A stretch of DNA of 64,000 bases from Podarcis muralis (lineage: Eukaryota). Location of the stretch: assembly GCF_964188315.1 (NCBI RefSeq), contig NC_135656.1, positions 71,610,001 to 71,674,000 of the forward strand. Direction: 5' to 3'. Shown here piece by piece: positions 47,816 to 60,390 of this stretch. Numbering within the stretch: the stretch's first letter is position 1; every line of letters begins with the position of its first letter. The notes beneath the pieces are model-generated. The model did not search any database and had not been told where the DNA came from. It saw only the letters and a list, made by a program, of their open reading frames with translations. The translations under genes were made by a program, and so were the position numbers.

Positions 47816-47862
47816 CATAATAATAATAGTAATAATAGTAATAATAGTAATAATAGTAATAA
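47816..47862. repeat. (TAATAG)n microsatellite
   Basis: Seen directly. Confidence 0.9.
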
Positions 47863-47976
47863 TTTATTTATACCCCGCTCATCTGGCTGTGTTTTCCCAG
47901 CCACTCTGGGCAGCTCCCAATCGAATATTAAAAACACAATACAGCATTAAACATTGAAAACTTCTCCAAACAGGGG
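47861..47976 (-). mobile_element. L2-type LINE 3' tail
   Basis: Minus strand GGGAGCTGCCCAGAGTGGCTGGG...GCGGGGTATAAATAAAT, adjacent to (TAATAG)n. Confidence 0.6.
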
Positions 47977-48001
47977 AACACACACACAACACACAGTGTA
48001 G

Positions 48002-48240
48002 AAGAAGAAGAGGAGTTTGGATTTGATATCCCGCTTTATCACTACCCGAAGGAGTCTCAAAGCGGCTAACAATCTCCTTTCCCTTCCTCCCCCACAACAA
48101 ACACTCTGTGAGGTGAGTGGGGCTGAGAGACTTCAGAGAAGTGTGACTAGCCCAAGGTCACCCAGCAGCTGCATGTGGAGGAGCGGAGACGTGAACCCAG
48201 TTCCCCAGATTATGAGTCTATCACTCCTAACCACTACACC
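48002..48240 (-). mobile_element. tRNA-derived SINE (Squam3-type)
   Basis: Minus-strand head GTGGTGTAGTGGTTAG with A and B boxes; (CTT)n tail; 11-bp TSD ACACAGTGTAG. Confidence 0.85.
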
Positions 48241-49394
48241 ACACAGTGTAGTGTGTCGGAGCTGACTTTCCAAGACTGCTGTTGCTGCTGGACTCCCCCA
48301 GCATGCCTGTGCAGTCCTCTCCTTTCTGCCACCCGAGTCCTGCCCAGGGAAGCTACAGCGATGCTGGCATCAGGGTGGTTCTGTGGCTCTGCCAACTACA
48401 TTAGCTGCTACCAATTGTTATTACTGTTTCTACAGTTACTGTTACCACTACCACCATCACCAACTGCTCTTCTCTGGGTAGGCAGATAGGAGATTTCAAT
48501 GATCTCTCCTCTAGGTCGGTGCCCTACGTAGCTATAGCAATGCTGCAGCATAGGGAGCTCCCACACTATTCACACTTCTGTATCTCATACGTAATTAGTC
48601 TGTTTCTGACCCATCCCTCTCTGTAAGGTGTTCTTCTATAAACAACGGCACAGCATTCCTACCGGTTGACCCATAGAAGATGCAGCTTTTCTTTTCCTCC
48701 AGTGATACAGCTGCACCCAAACCAGTGATTTTACAGGGCACTATCCACCCCAGGACTTTGACACAGTACACGGTATTGATACAGAAATAACTGGGTGAAG
48801 TTCTGCTTTCTGCAGGAGTGTAGATTATACGCACACTAGTATGTTTTAAAATGCTTACTGCTCACCTGTCATTTGAAGGAGGAATTTATGCCACTCCTAA
48901 CTTCAGGTACCTTCCCAGTTAACAAATTTTAATAACTAAACACTATATTGGTTTGGCATGCAGCCCTGGTCATAAAGGTATGATGCTGATGTACATAAAC
49001 AATAAACACAGGACAAGAAGGTGGTCAGCTGGTGGGCTGACTGACTTGCATTTGCTCTGGAAAAATCCCAGCCAACTGCCCCTCCATCATTTATAATCTT
49101 GCCCCATGTTTACTTCTTTTGAACGTCATAAAATTTGGCAGGGAGATGCTATACTTGGCTGATTCAGATTGACTGATTTTGAATTGACTCCACGGCACCA
49201 TTTTGTGTTTAAAGGTATCAGTGACATCTACATGGAAGGCAAAGAACAAAACAAACCTTTGTTTGGATGCTAGAGTCTCTCTCTGTCATACAAACACATA
49301 CTTCACAGCAGGCTAACTATTGTGGATATGAGCAGGAAGAGTATCAGCAGTAGGTCAAAATCAGGGTGGGGGACATTGCAGGAAGAAAACATAC

Positions 49395-49466
49395 CTTCCT
49401 TTCACTGCTGCCATCTTCAGTGAGGTTGAACACTGGCAGAGTGCCTGTTATGACCAAGCCCAGACC
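49395..49466 (-). CDS. CACNA2D2: CACNA2D2 coding exon (~16), [24 protein letters not shown]
   Basis: 72 nt, gatag acceptor and gtatgt donor; matches [16 protein letters not shown] of alpha2delta-2. Confidence 0.96.
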
Positions 49467-49929
49467 CTATCAAATGTCAAAAGCAAGAAAATATGATAAA
49501 CACAGTTATCTAAATAGCTCCATACTCCTAAGGGTCAAATAGGTGTGACATAGGAGATCTATGATCAAATCTCTCTTTAAAAAACCCCCAAAAAACTTGA
49601 AACAAGTCACAGGGAGCTTTGATTTTTATTCCACTGCCCACTTTCAATTATATTGTGCAAACCAATGGCCTTGAAACATGGAGACGGGCCATGCTGGGAG
49701 GTGTAAATTATTATGTCTTGTGTGTACATCACTGTACAGTGGAATCCGCAGAGCCTGTTTCCTGAAGGAAACTGGAGAAGATACCAACTTGGGAATGTCA
49801 GACTTGGGACACTGAAGAGGTATGTGACATAAAATAAATTAAGTAGGACAAATTACACTGCAGTGGATGGGTAGACCTTACAAACAGGAGAAAAGAAATG
49901 AAAACCAAAAGACCAGTTGTGGGAACTCA

Positions 49930-50163
<234 letters not shown>

Positions 50164-52395
50164 TCAGTTGCTCATCCTGCTCCCCAAACAAACAAACAAA
50201 ACTCCCTTAACTTGAGGAAAGGGTTACAGGCAGAGGAGGGATTCTATCCCACTAGCAGAGGCTACATGTGCAGAGTAGAGCCCGGTGGAGGTGGGATGTG
50301 AGCCCCGACTTGAGTCAGGCTATGCTGGAAGAGAGATGGACCCAGCTTGAATGAAGCTGCCCTGTTCAAGGGCAGTTGGCAGTTTGAGCTTCCTCCTATC
50401 GAAGACTTGCCCCATCCCAAAACTGAACATGGATCTCTTTCCTAAGATAAAGGTTATGAGACTGGACTGAAACAGGGCTGGCAAAGCGAGGCTGCCATCT
50501 CAGGTGGCTGATGGAGGTTGGTGGTGGTGATGAGGAAGCAGTGGCAAGCTGTTGAAGAACAGAGCTGTGGGTGACACGTGGCCTGCCATGCAGTGTGTTT
50601 CCCTCAGGAGCAGTGGAGGATGCTGCCAGTGTTGACCTGAGATTCAGCTTCCAGGAGGGAGGGGTCATATTGTCCTTTGCCTCAGACAGCCAAATATCTT
50701 GAGCTGGCCCTGACTGGAAAGCTATTGAATCATAGTTGAGATGTTGCTCAGACAGGCAAGGCTAAGCCCTCTAAAGACGGGAGCCCAGAAGAAGAGAACC
50801 CTTTCAGGACAAGGTCAGACTGTAAAGACGTATTAGGTTAAGTAGTAAAAATGAGAGCTGTAGGCTGAGAAAAAGCCTTGGAGAAAGTAATCTTGTATGC
50901 GGATATAATGCAAGATGTAAATGGAAACACAGGCTTCCCAATGGAACTCTCAGTTGAACCCAGAACTCTGTCAAGAGCTGCTCGATTCTATATATTCCCA
51001 GGAGACTGAGAAAACCTGTTCCCTGTGTGTTATGAAAACAGAGATTTTAATTGTAGAGGCTGGCTTCAGAAAATGCAGGTCAGCTGCAAAATACTATTTC
51101 TCCCATTACTCCAAAACAAATCCTTGAGTGGATATAACACGTCTCTGATACAAATCTATTCCCAATCATCTCCACTGCAGTGCTGACTTGAGAGTGGGTC
51201 AAGTATTGCCTGAGTATTTAACAGGGACATCTGGCACTTTGGTATTCAGCTTCATGAGTTCCATTCTCTAATTACGGATCTCTGTGTAGACAATCTCCAC
51301 CACTAGAGGGGACATTGCACCACAACTTGAATGCCCTGCTATAGACTAATATGCACACGGTATGCTACTATACAGGCAGAAAAGGAAGCAGCATCATTAC
51401 AAAGAACTAATATCTGATTCAGGGAGATAAAAGATAACTCTTAAGTCATAAATTTCTTGCATGGTGTCATGCAGAAGCTGAATTTCAACATCCAGCTTTG
51501 ACCAGCACACATGTGTCACCTTTCAAAAGCAACAGGTAATGTTTTGGCTGTGAGTCCTGGAAGTCCTGCTCCCTGCCTTGCTGGCCTTTTTCTACTTGGG
51601 GGGCCCTGTCTGACTCCAGCAACAAAGGCTGAGGTTGCTGAACAGACTTGAGCTGGGGTCTTTTTTGGGTGGAAGGGGAGCTGTTGCTATTTTTTCTATT
51701 ATGTTTTGTATCTTTATTTAGATCTTATTTATGTGGAAATGGTTCAGTCTAGTTGTGCATTTTTTGATGTTTTATTTATTATTTATGACTACTTTTGTTA
51801 TGTTGCAATTAAGTATTTTTTATGTTGTAAGCCGCCTTGAGAATGTAAAGATGGCATGCAAATAAAATTATGTATGTATATATGTATGTATGTATGTATG
51901 AATTTATTTTGTCCCCCCCCCTTTTCTTTTGTGTGTTTCACAAAAGATACTTCAACAGAGCAAAAGTTTCTAATATAACTGAGGCCCTTGTTGTGTGAGA
52001 TTGGGCTTCAACAAATGTCAGAAGGACAGCAAACATTTGCTAGATGCTTTGTCAAAAATGTTATCCCATCCTTGAAATACTCTGTGTTTGTGTGGGGGGG
52101 GGGCAGGGGCAGGAAGCGTGAGACTCTAGTAATTGGCTCCTTCTCATCTGCAGCACTGAATAGACAAATATTGGAAAATTCCACCGGCAAAAGCATTTCA
52201 TTCATCTGTGTTTGACGGTGAAGGTATGTGTGCACAGGAATTAGTGTGCAATCCATGCTCATAGACTGTGGTGTGTGACAAATGCATATTCACAAATTTC
52301 ATGGTGTACACACCCAACATGCTGGGAAGCAGCTGTAACATGTGACACACACACATGGATGCTTCAGTTTAAATTCCTACACAGAAATGCAGGAG

Positions 52396-52397
<2 letters not shown>

Positions 52398-52435
<38 letters not shown>
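52398..52435. repeat. (CA)n microsatellite
   Basis: About 19 units. Confidence 0.97.
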
Positions 52436-52438
<3 letters not shown>

Positions 52439-53466
52439 AAGGAATCTCAATACTCTGCCATAATATTAGGCTGATTTCAGCAAGGGCAGAACTAAGTAAT
52501 GACAGAGTTCTTTTTTGCTCCATTCCATAACTTCTTCAGCTTGAGGAGGAAGATGTAAGCCACTGAGCACATTTAGTGTTGAAAACCACAAAGGTGAGGG
52601 AAGAAGGGGAAATGAACGAAATGCAGGGGAGCCCTGTACCAATGTGCACGGGGTCCTGCTCCCTTTATCCCTACAGGAATGCCATGTAAGCAGTGGGGAG
52701 GGCTGGGGGAACGAATGGTGACAGCAGTTCATTGTGCTGAGAGCTGTATCTGCCACCTGTTTGTCTTCTGTAAGCATGTTAAGGGACAGTATGTGCCAAT
52801 CAGCCCTCGCTGTCAGCATGAAGGAAACACGCCCTTTCCCCAAATCGATTAACCCTCCCTGCAGGTTGCCATGGTGAAGTGTGGCGCTGTGACAGGCAAG
52901 AGCTTCAGCCCTGAAGCGCATGGGGAATGTATTATTTCCGGATGATTTAATACAGGGGGAGAGAGATGTAAAGGGAAAACAGCATCATAGAGAGGAGGGA
53001 GAGATATAGGCAGCAGAAGGGGAAAGCGGAACAAAAGCAGAGATACAAACAGAAAAGAGAGGGGAGAGGGGGAGTAAAGGGAAAGTCATGTCACACTTTC
53101 AAGATCACACACTTGACCTGTGGGTTGATTGCTATTCTTGGAAAACTAACATCTTACCTTTCTTGCTCCTGTAAACACAGCAACACAGTTGGTTACCTGT
53201 GATTGTTGTTCTTCAGAGGCAAATAATAAAGTGGGGTGGGGAATGTTGCCGGACTACAAGTCCCATCATACTGATTGGGGCTGATGGAAGTTGGAGTCTA
53301 GCAAACATTTGGAGGGCCACACGTTCCCTACCCCTGCCGTAAAGAGTCCTTCATATGTGGCCATTGTGGCTGGCCATGTGACAGGATATTCTTACTAATG
53401 GCTAGTAAACTGAGATATTTATGAAGGTAAAGGGCTGAACCCCTTCATGGATCACTGCCTTGCCGT

Positions 53467-54571
53467 AGAAAGACATCTACTTCTGCTTCATTGACTATGC
53501 AAAAGCCTTTGACTGTGTCGACCACAGCAAACTATGGCAAGTTCTTAAAGAAATGGGAGTGCCTGATCACCTCATCTGTCTCCTGAGAAATCTCTATGTG
53601 GGACAAGAAGCTACAGTTAGAACTGGATATGGAACAACTGATTGGTTCAAAATTGGAAAACGAGTACGACAAGGCTGTATTTTGTCTCCCTGCTTATTTA
53701 ATTTATATGCAGAATGCATCATGCGAAAGGCTGGGCTGGATGAATCCCAAGCTGGAATTAAGATTGCCGGAAGAAATATCAACAACCTCAGATATGCAGA
53801 TGACACAACCTTGATGGCAGAAAGTGAGGAGGAATTAAAGAACCTTTTAATGAGGGTGAAAGAGGAGAGCGCAAAATATGGTCTGAAGCTCAACACCAAA
53901 AAAACGAAGATCATGGCCACTGGTCCCATCACCTCCTGGCAAATAGAAGGGGAAGAAATGGAGGCAGTGAGAGATTTTACTTTCTTGGGCTCCATGATCA
54001 CTGCAGATGGTGACAGCAGCCACGAAATTAAAAGACGCCTGCTTCTTGGGAGAAGGGCAATGACAGGCCTAGACAGCATCTTGAGAAGTAGAGACGTCAC
54101 CTTGCCAACAAAGGTCCGTATAGTTAAAGCCATGGTTTTCCCAGTAGTGATGTATGGAAGTGAGAGCTGGACCATAAAGAAGGCTGATCGCCGAAGAATT
54201 GATGCTTTTGAATTATGGTGCTGGAGAAGACTCTTGAGAGTCTCATGGACTGCAAGAAGATCAAACACATCCATTCTTAAGGAAATCAGCCCTGAGTGCT
54301 CACTGGAAGGACAGATCATGAAGCTGAGGCTCCAGTACTTTGGCCACCTCATGAGAAGAGAAGACTCCTTGGAGAAGACACTGATGTTGGGAAAGATGGA
54401 GGGCACAAGGAGAAGGGGGCGACAGAGGACGAGATGGTTGGATAGTGTTTTCGAGGTTACCAGCATGAGTTTGACCAAACAGCGGGAAGGAGTGGAGGAC
54501 AGAGGTGCCTGGCGTGCTCTGGTCCATGGGGTCACGAAGAGTCAGACACGACTAAACAACTAAACAACAAC
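53467..54571 (+). mobile_element. BovB (RTE clade) LINE, 3' part encoding the RT C-terminal half
   Basis: KDIYFCFIDYAKAFDCVD...QGCILSP...LRYADD...; 336-aa open ORF 53553-54563; (CTAAACAA)(CAA)n tail. Confidence 0.93.
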
Positions 54572-55966
54572 AGCCCTGTCAGCCCTGGTCTGACTTAACT
54601 TAGGTCCATTAATTTTAATGGGTTTTCTCTGACCATAACTTAGTTCAATACTGGGCTCCAAAATTTACTTAATTTACATTTTGACATCTTCCCCTTCCTC
54701 CACAGAGCTCAGGGTGGTTCACACATAGAGTTAGCCTAACCTACCACAACTGGGTTGTTATGAGGATTAAATGAGGAACCATGTACTGTACATTACCTTG
54801 AGCTCACCCGAGAAAAGGTGTGATATAAATGTATTAAATAAATAAGTAAAAATAAATAATTATAAGTGACCAGTTTACTAATCCCACACTCATGCTTTTA
54901 GTCAGCCAGTTATTGGGGCATTTTAAAAATTAAACACTGTGGTTATAACAATTCGTCTTTGGTTTTACACAGATAACTTTCCAAACTCTCCCTGCATGTA
55001 GTCGGGGTGTTTATTTTAACACTTAACAGCATAAAGTGCCTGTGTGGTGCATCCGAGGCTGTGGTTAGCCAGGCACATATTGTATTTTTGGTTATTCCAG
55101 ACGGACAAGTAGATGCATACAGCTCTTAAAAACCATACTTAATCGTAGGCACAAATGAGGCCAATAACTTAACATCTGGCACTGCTTCATGGCAGCCTGG
55201 CTTTACTACACTAATTTCTATGTTGTAGCAAATGCTTCAGATCTGGGATATAAATGGCTCCATTACTCTGCCTGATCTGCTTCTCTCGGAGACCTCAGGC
55301 AGATGAAATCTGACGTTTTTGATGACAGGCAGTTTAATCATAGGCTCCCATAATTGGACTAGAGACTTAAGGCAGCTGAGAGTCCAGTTAAGTGTGATTA
55401 TTTGATGGGCATACTTGTTGTCTCGTTTGTGCATCAATGAAAGAAACACAAATGGCTTCTTGCTAATATAAGGCTCCGCTGAGAGACAGGATGATTAAAT
55501 GCCATCAATGTTTGTTTCTGCTGTGGTATGTCTTTGAGCGAATCCGCTCTAATAGGTGTTAAAGGTGGTAAGAATTAAGCAACTAATATTGTACAATAAA
55601 ATTGTCACAATTGGCTGGGTGACAGTAGCCAAGAGATATTTTCTAAGGCTGTGTAAAACTATTTACCGCTCCTGCCAGATTGTCTGCTCATATAAATTAG
55701 CACTGACGCCTTTTCTTTCATCAGTGAATAATCTGTGCATTACCAGTTAATGGCTACACCCAGTGCTTTTCGGTGACAGTACTCAGTACTCACTGATACC
55801 AAGTATTGTCACCTCTTTTATTTTCCTGCCCATGGCAGACATTTTGTGCTGGCACCCACAGGACATTTATCAAGATATAATTACTGGCACCTCATTTGTT
55901 TTTAAATAAAATAAGCATTGAAAACACCTATGATTAAGGATATATATCTGCATTATAATTGTAGAC

Positions 55967-56119
55967 CAGGCATGTCCAACAGGTCGATTGAGATCTACTT
56001 TGGGTATTCCTCTCCCAAAAAACCTCAACAGCTTTGGTCAATCCAGTGGGTAGATCACTGACAGTTTTTTTTTTAATAGTGGGAGTAGATCGGAGTCTCT
56101 CGGGAGTTGGACATGCCTG
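55967..56119. mobile_element. hAT-type MITE (153 bp)
   Basis: 14-bp TIR CAGGCATGTCCAAC; perfect 8-bp TSD TTGTAGAC. Confidence 0.92.
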
Positions 56120-57209
56120 TTGTAGACAGATATCCAACTATTTGTACCCACCATCATTTACCTCAGAAAACTATGAAATATTTATTTTACTAAGAGTGCT
56201 GTGAAAGTATTATTAGAGATCCCTAGTTCTTTAAGCAGTTGCCATTTCCAGGGCTCCTAGGTTGAATGTTAAGCTGCAGTCTTGCATCAACGTTCCTGTT
56301 GCAAGCCGTGTTGAGCATACAGTGGGGCTTACTTTTTATCAGATGTGCACAGGACTGCACTGCACAGCATTTAAACCGCATTGAGATTGGCTTAAATGTG
56401 CAATACATGACTATGGCAGCTTTGTATGAATCCGAATTAAGCTCATATGAACTTAGCATTTTGTTGCCAATGAAATGAGAGTGACAGCGCAATACTAATC
56501 CCCGATATTGTTGGCGGGCAGGGGTGGGGGGTTAGGCTGGCAAGCAGTTGACTCTCTGCTGACTTCTGAGGAACACCATTTCGGAAGGAGGAGGCTCAGC
56601 TGAACTGGAGGCCCTGAGCTTCAACCTGATGGCTGGGAACAGAGGCAGATTTAGGGGAGCACAACTGGATCTGTTGCACCGGGAACCAAGCTTCAGGGAT
56701 GCTGAAATCTTGATTTAGACTGGAGTGCAAGAAGGGGGGGGGATTTTGGCATTGCACAGGGCACTGCTGAAATTTGAGACCCCAAGGTTTGTGTTACCTA
56801 CAGAAGTTCTCCTGTGGGCAGTAGCCAGTGGAAATCTTTTAAATGGGGCATTCTGGCACAGAGGTGAGGGCATGAAGCTGAAGCGTGTGTGTGTGTCCTC
56901 ACCTCCTGCCTTGCCTGGCATCAGTGGCAGCGGTTGGTTGCAGCAATAAAGCTGCCACTTATGTCTGCCCGGTTGCTCCCCGGGCAGGATTAGAATTGCT
57001 CTGCCTGTGTAGGAAATGGAATGAGCAGGATACAAGCACCTGGACTGCATGTTCATAAGAATGTTAACAGAGCAGGACCACCTCCATGCTTTCCTATGGG
57101 CCTTTGTTCATCTGGTTAGTTTCTCTTCATAAACGTACTCATTTTAGTGTTAGCCACTGTACTTCGGGGTTTATAATGCAGCCCTCCTGAACAGCAAATA
57201 ACATTTATC

Positions 57210-57645
57210 TAGGGATGGTGAAGAAAAGTCAATTCAGTTTGCATTTAAATATTCACTTACCTAACTTGCACTTTCTGAAACAAGATGTGGACCGAAACAC
57301 AGGCGCCGTTTGAAATTTGAACATTTCCAAATTTTGCAGTGCAGTTCATCAGCTAAGCAATGTGCACAGAAATGCATTCACTTGTGTAAAACGTGCACAT
57401 AAATGTATATATTAGTGGAAATAACACACACACAATGTTACATTAGGGGAAATTGCTTGCAAAAATGTGCACCCTAGGCAAAATTGAGTATGAAATGTAT
57501 ACAATAGGAGAAAATCACACTGAAAGTGAATTTTCATGACTTTTTTTATTGCAAAATGATATGCAGAAATATGGAGAACAGAACTTAAAACTGAAAAAAA
57601 TGAGAAACAGAGAGAAGCTAAAAAGGGCATATTCACCCATCCCTA
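57210..57645. mobile_element. Copy of the ~400-bp MITE family
   Basis: TAGGGATGG ... CCCATCCCTA; colinear with 41470-41888. Confidence 0.7.
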
Positions 57646-58904
57646 CTCCTATCTAAAACCCCTCCTGCCTTTTTTAAATCTGTAATGTCTTAAAGGTTGG
57701 ATTTACAGAGGCTTTCAGGTTGGTGTGCAAATGAGATGTAATGTATCTGCAACTGCAACTGACTGAAACCATCTTTGCAAAAAGTTTAAGCCTTTGGGCT
57801 GGGAGAAACAAGCATTTTGGTAGCCATCCATTTTCTTAAATATCCATATTTTTAAAATAAAAAACCAAACCATACTTTTCCTGCTGCAAGTTGCCATCTA
57901 CATTTATTTTAAGAACTCCCCCCCCTCTCTCTCTCTGTGTGTGTGTTTGGGGTGGGGTGAGCTTGGCACTGAATTTCTAACTGTGGTTCGTTTTGAAGAA
58001 TCACAGGTTCCGTTCCTCCACATTTTGTCGGAGGAGGTTTCAAACGGGCTGCCTGGCCCTACAAAGAGATGAATAGGTACTTAAGGATGCTGCTGAATGA
58101 AAGAGGGCAGCATGCCACAAAGCACAAAGAGGAATCAGCTGGTCAATTTGCTGGCAATTCCCACCGGAGCTTTAGAAGCAAGCCAAGGGGGAGTGCACAT
58201 GTTGGCCTGATGCGCAGTCTCTCACAGGTCTCTAGGTGGTGCTCTCTGTGGGGGACAGCAGATGTTCTACGCAGGATGAAGGCTTCATTAGAACAAGCTC
58301 CAACTGTACACATAATTATCTGCTATGCCCTGCAGCTCCCCACACTTTTTTCTTCTCCTTCCAAAGATGCTTTCATCTTTAAACAGAGCAGTGTGCAGCC
58401 AGGAAAAGAAGTGAGGGTGGCGGCGTTTCAAAGCTGTACGATGGCCTTGGTGATTTGAAGCTTAACTGAGAGAAAAGGACATTTACTTAGCTGATTTAGG
58501 AGCGATGCTGATGGGGCATCTGCACAAATGAGTACCCGAAGTCAGCAATGGACACACATAGAGCCATGTTTTGTGTGTGCATGCATGCCTAAGTCCAGGC
58601 ATATGTACACCATCGTTATCATTTAATTTGTACACTCATTGCATGGCTATATTGGTATTCATAGAAGAGCAAACATATTTACATACATGCTGATAGCGAG
58701 GGAGGAATGGGTGTCCTGCAGGATCTTTCCATTCAGCTGATCTGCCTCTCCTCATCCCCGGCCCTCTCCTAGGCGCTGCACAAGCCCTCCCCCCTTGTCC
58801 CACTGCAGGGAGGATTCTTGCCAGAACTGCACACAATTCTAATGAGAATCTGCCCCCTCCCTGGCAATTAGACTTGTCAAAAAATGGGCTTCCAACACCA
58901 AAGG

Positions 58905-59051
58905 CACTTGGGAGGTGGTGGACTCGCCTTCCTTGGAGGTTTTCAAGCAGAGGTTGGATGTCCATCTGTCATGGCTGCTTTACTTAAGATCCCTGCATTG
59001 CAGGGGGTTGGATTAGATGACCCCTGGGGTCCCTTCCAATTCTATGATTTT
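58905..59051 (+). mobile_element. CR1 LINE 3' end
   Basis: Near-copy of 21680-21817, ending CCTTCCAATTCTATGAT. Confidence 0.85.
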
Positions 59052-59814
59052 AATAATAGGTGAGCACTCATATACTGTAAATAACATGCTAAGATGCATG
59101 GCTGCCCAGACATTTAAGGGATCGTAAACTTTCATGCAGGTGCTTACAGCTGACACGCTGTATCCACCCGTACGAGAATCCATATCAAGACTGACAGCTG
59201 CCTTCCAAACATATTGATTGTTGCACTACTACTATCTGTCAAGATAAAAACAGACACCATTTATTCCCCAACGCTGTTATGAACAGCAGGACTAGCTATA
59301 TATATATAGAGAGAAACTTGATACCCACCTATTGCAACGGGGGGGGGGGGTCGGGTCCACATAACCCACCCGGGGGGGGGGGGGAGTCTGTGGCACCATT
59401 CACATAACAAAAAGTACCAGAGAGAGATTAAAATCTTCAAAGGTCCAGGGCTTGGCTTTTGAAAAACAGGGGGTCCACATTATTTAGCTAATTGGGAACT
59501 ACTGACTTAAAGCATCACTTTTTAGCAGAGGCAGCCAGGGATGCTTGTGGAATTTGGTGGGCCTGAATCTCAAAGTGGACTCATCTGGTCAACACCTCCC
59601 AGGTTAGCATGCAATTTGGGACACGGACTGCTTCAAAATCCACTTCCACCGAATTCCATGATTTTGGTTTGCCTTTGCTTCTTTCTTTTTAAAATGGCAC
59701 TAGCTGCTTTGAGAAGGCAGAATGCACTACTGCAGCCACATGCATTGAGAGTGGAAGTGGAGATGGCTCTGCAAGCAACAGCATGCAATGATGTGCCACT
59801 GCAATCAGGGATAT

Positions 59815-60390
59815 TGTTGTTGTTGCTGTTGTTGCATCCGTCTGTTTTTGAGAGACAATGGAGTGTGCCTCCAGGGGTGAAGTCAAACTGCTGCACACAT
59901 CGTGCTCATTCTGGGGTAGCTTGTCCACCTTTGGTCCCCACCCTCTGCTCAGCTCTCCCCTATGGTTCCTGGAAGCTGTCAGCCTGTGGCAGCAGCAACC
60001 CCTTCGGAATGGCTTTGACCAGTCGGCTAAACCAGGTGAGGGTAGCCAATGGGTCTCAAACCCTCACTGAGTTAGGGACTTCCCCAGTATATAGGCTCCA
60101 GCAGATTGAGCCAACAATATGTGCATGGAGGTCCTGAGCTGCCCCCAGGACAAGATCCCTTTCTCAGCGTCACTGATGTGGTCCAAAGGAAAGCAGAGCA
60201 ATATGTTTGTCACCAGCTTGGTTGCAGGAGTTGACAGAAGGAAGCATACAAAGTGCCATCCTACCGTTGTAGGGACTCCACTTGTGTATGGTTTACTCCT
60301 TAGCCTTTTCTTCTGAAGATATCCCACAAGGAAGCGGAGGTTTAGGATCATGTTAACAACAGCAGCAGCAACAACAACACTTAAGCTGCC
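59815..60390. mobile_element. Decayed RTE-type retroposon relic bounded by (TTG)n and (CAA)n tracts
   Basis: Microsatellite ends seen directly; family assignment from remembered squamate repeats only. Confidence 0.45.

Noticed and set aside
48595-48834. ORF containing TGLGAAVSLEEKK, superficially like exon 16
   Set aside because: The true exon 16 is at 49395-49466 with correct splice sites; no matching exon boundaries here.
50270-51140. Possible LTR-like relic
   Set aside because: No TG...CA termini with a TSD could be defined and there is no second copy in the window.
53594-54535. 313-aa minus-strand ORF
   Set aside because: Antisense shadow of the BovB RT ORF.
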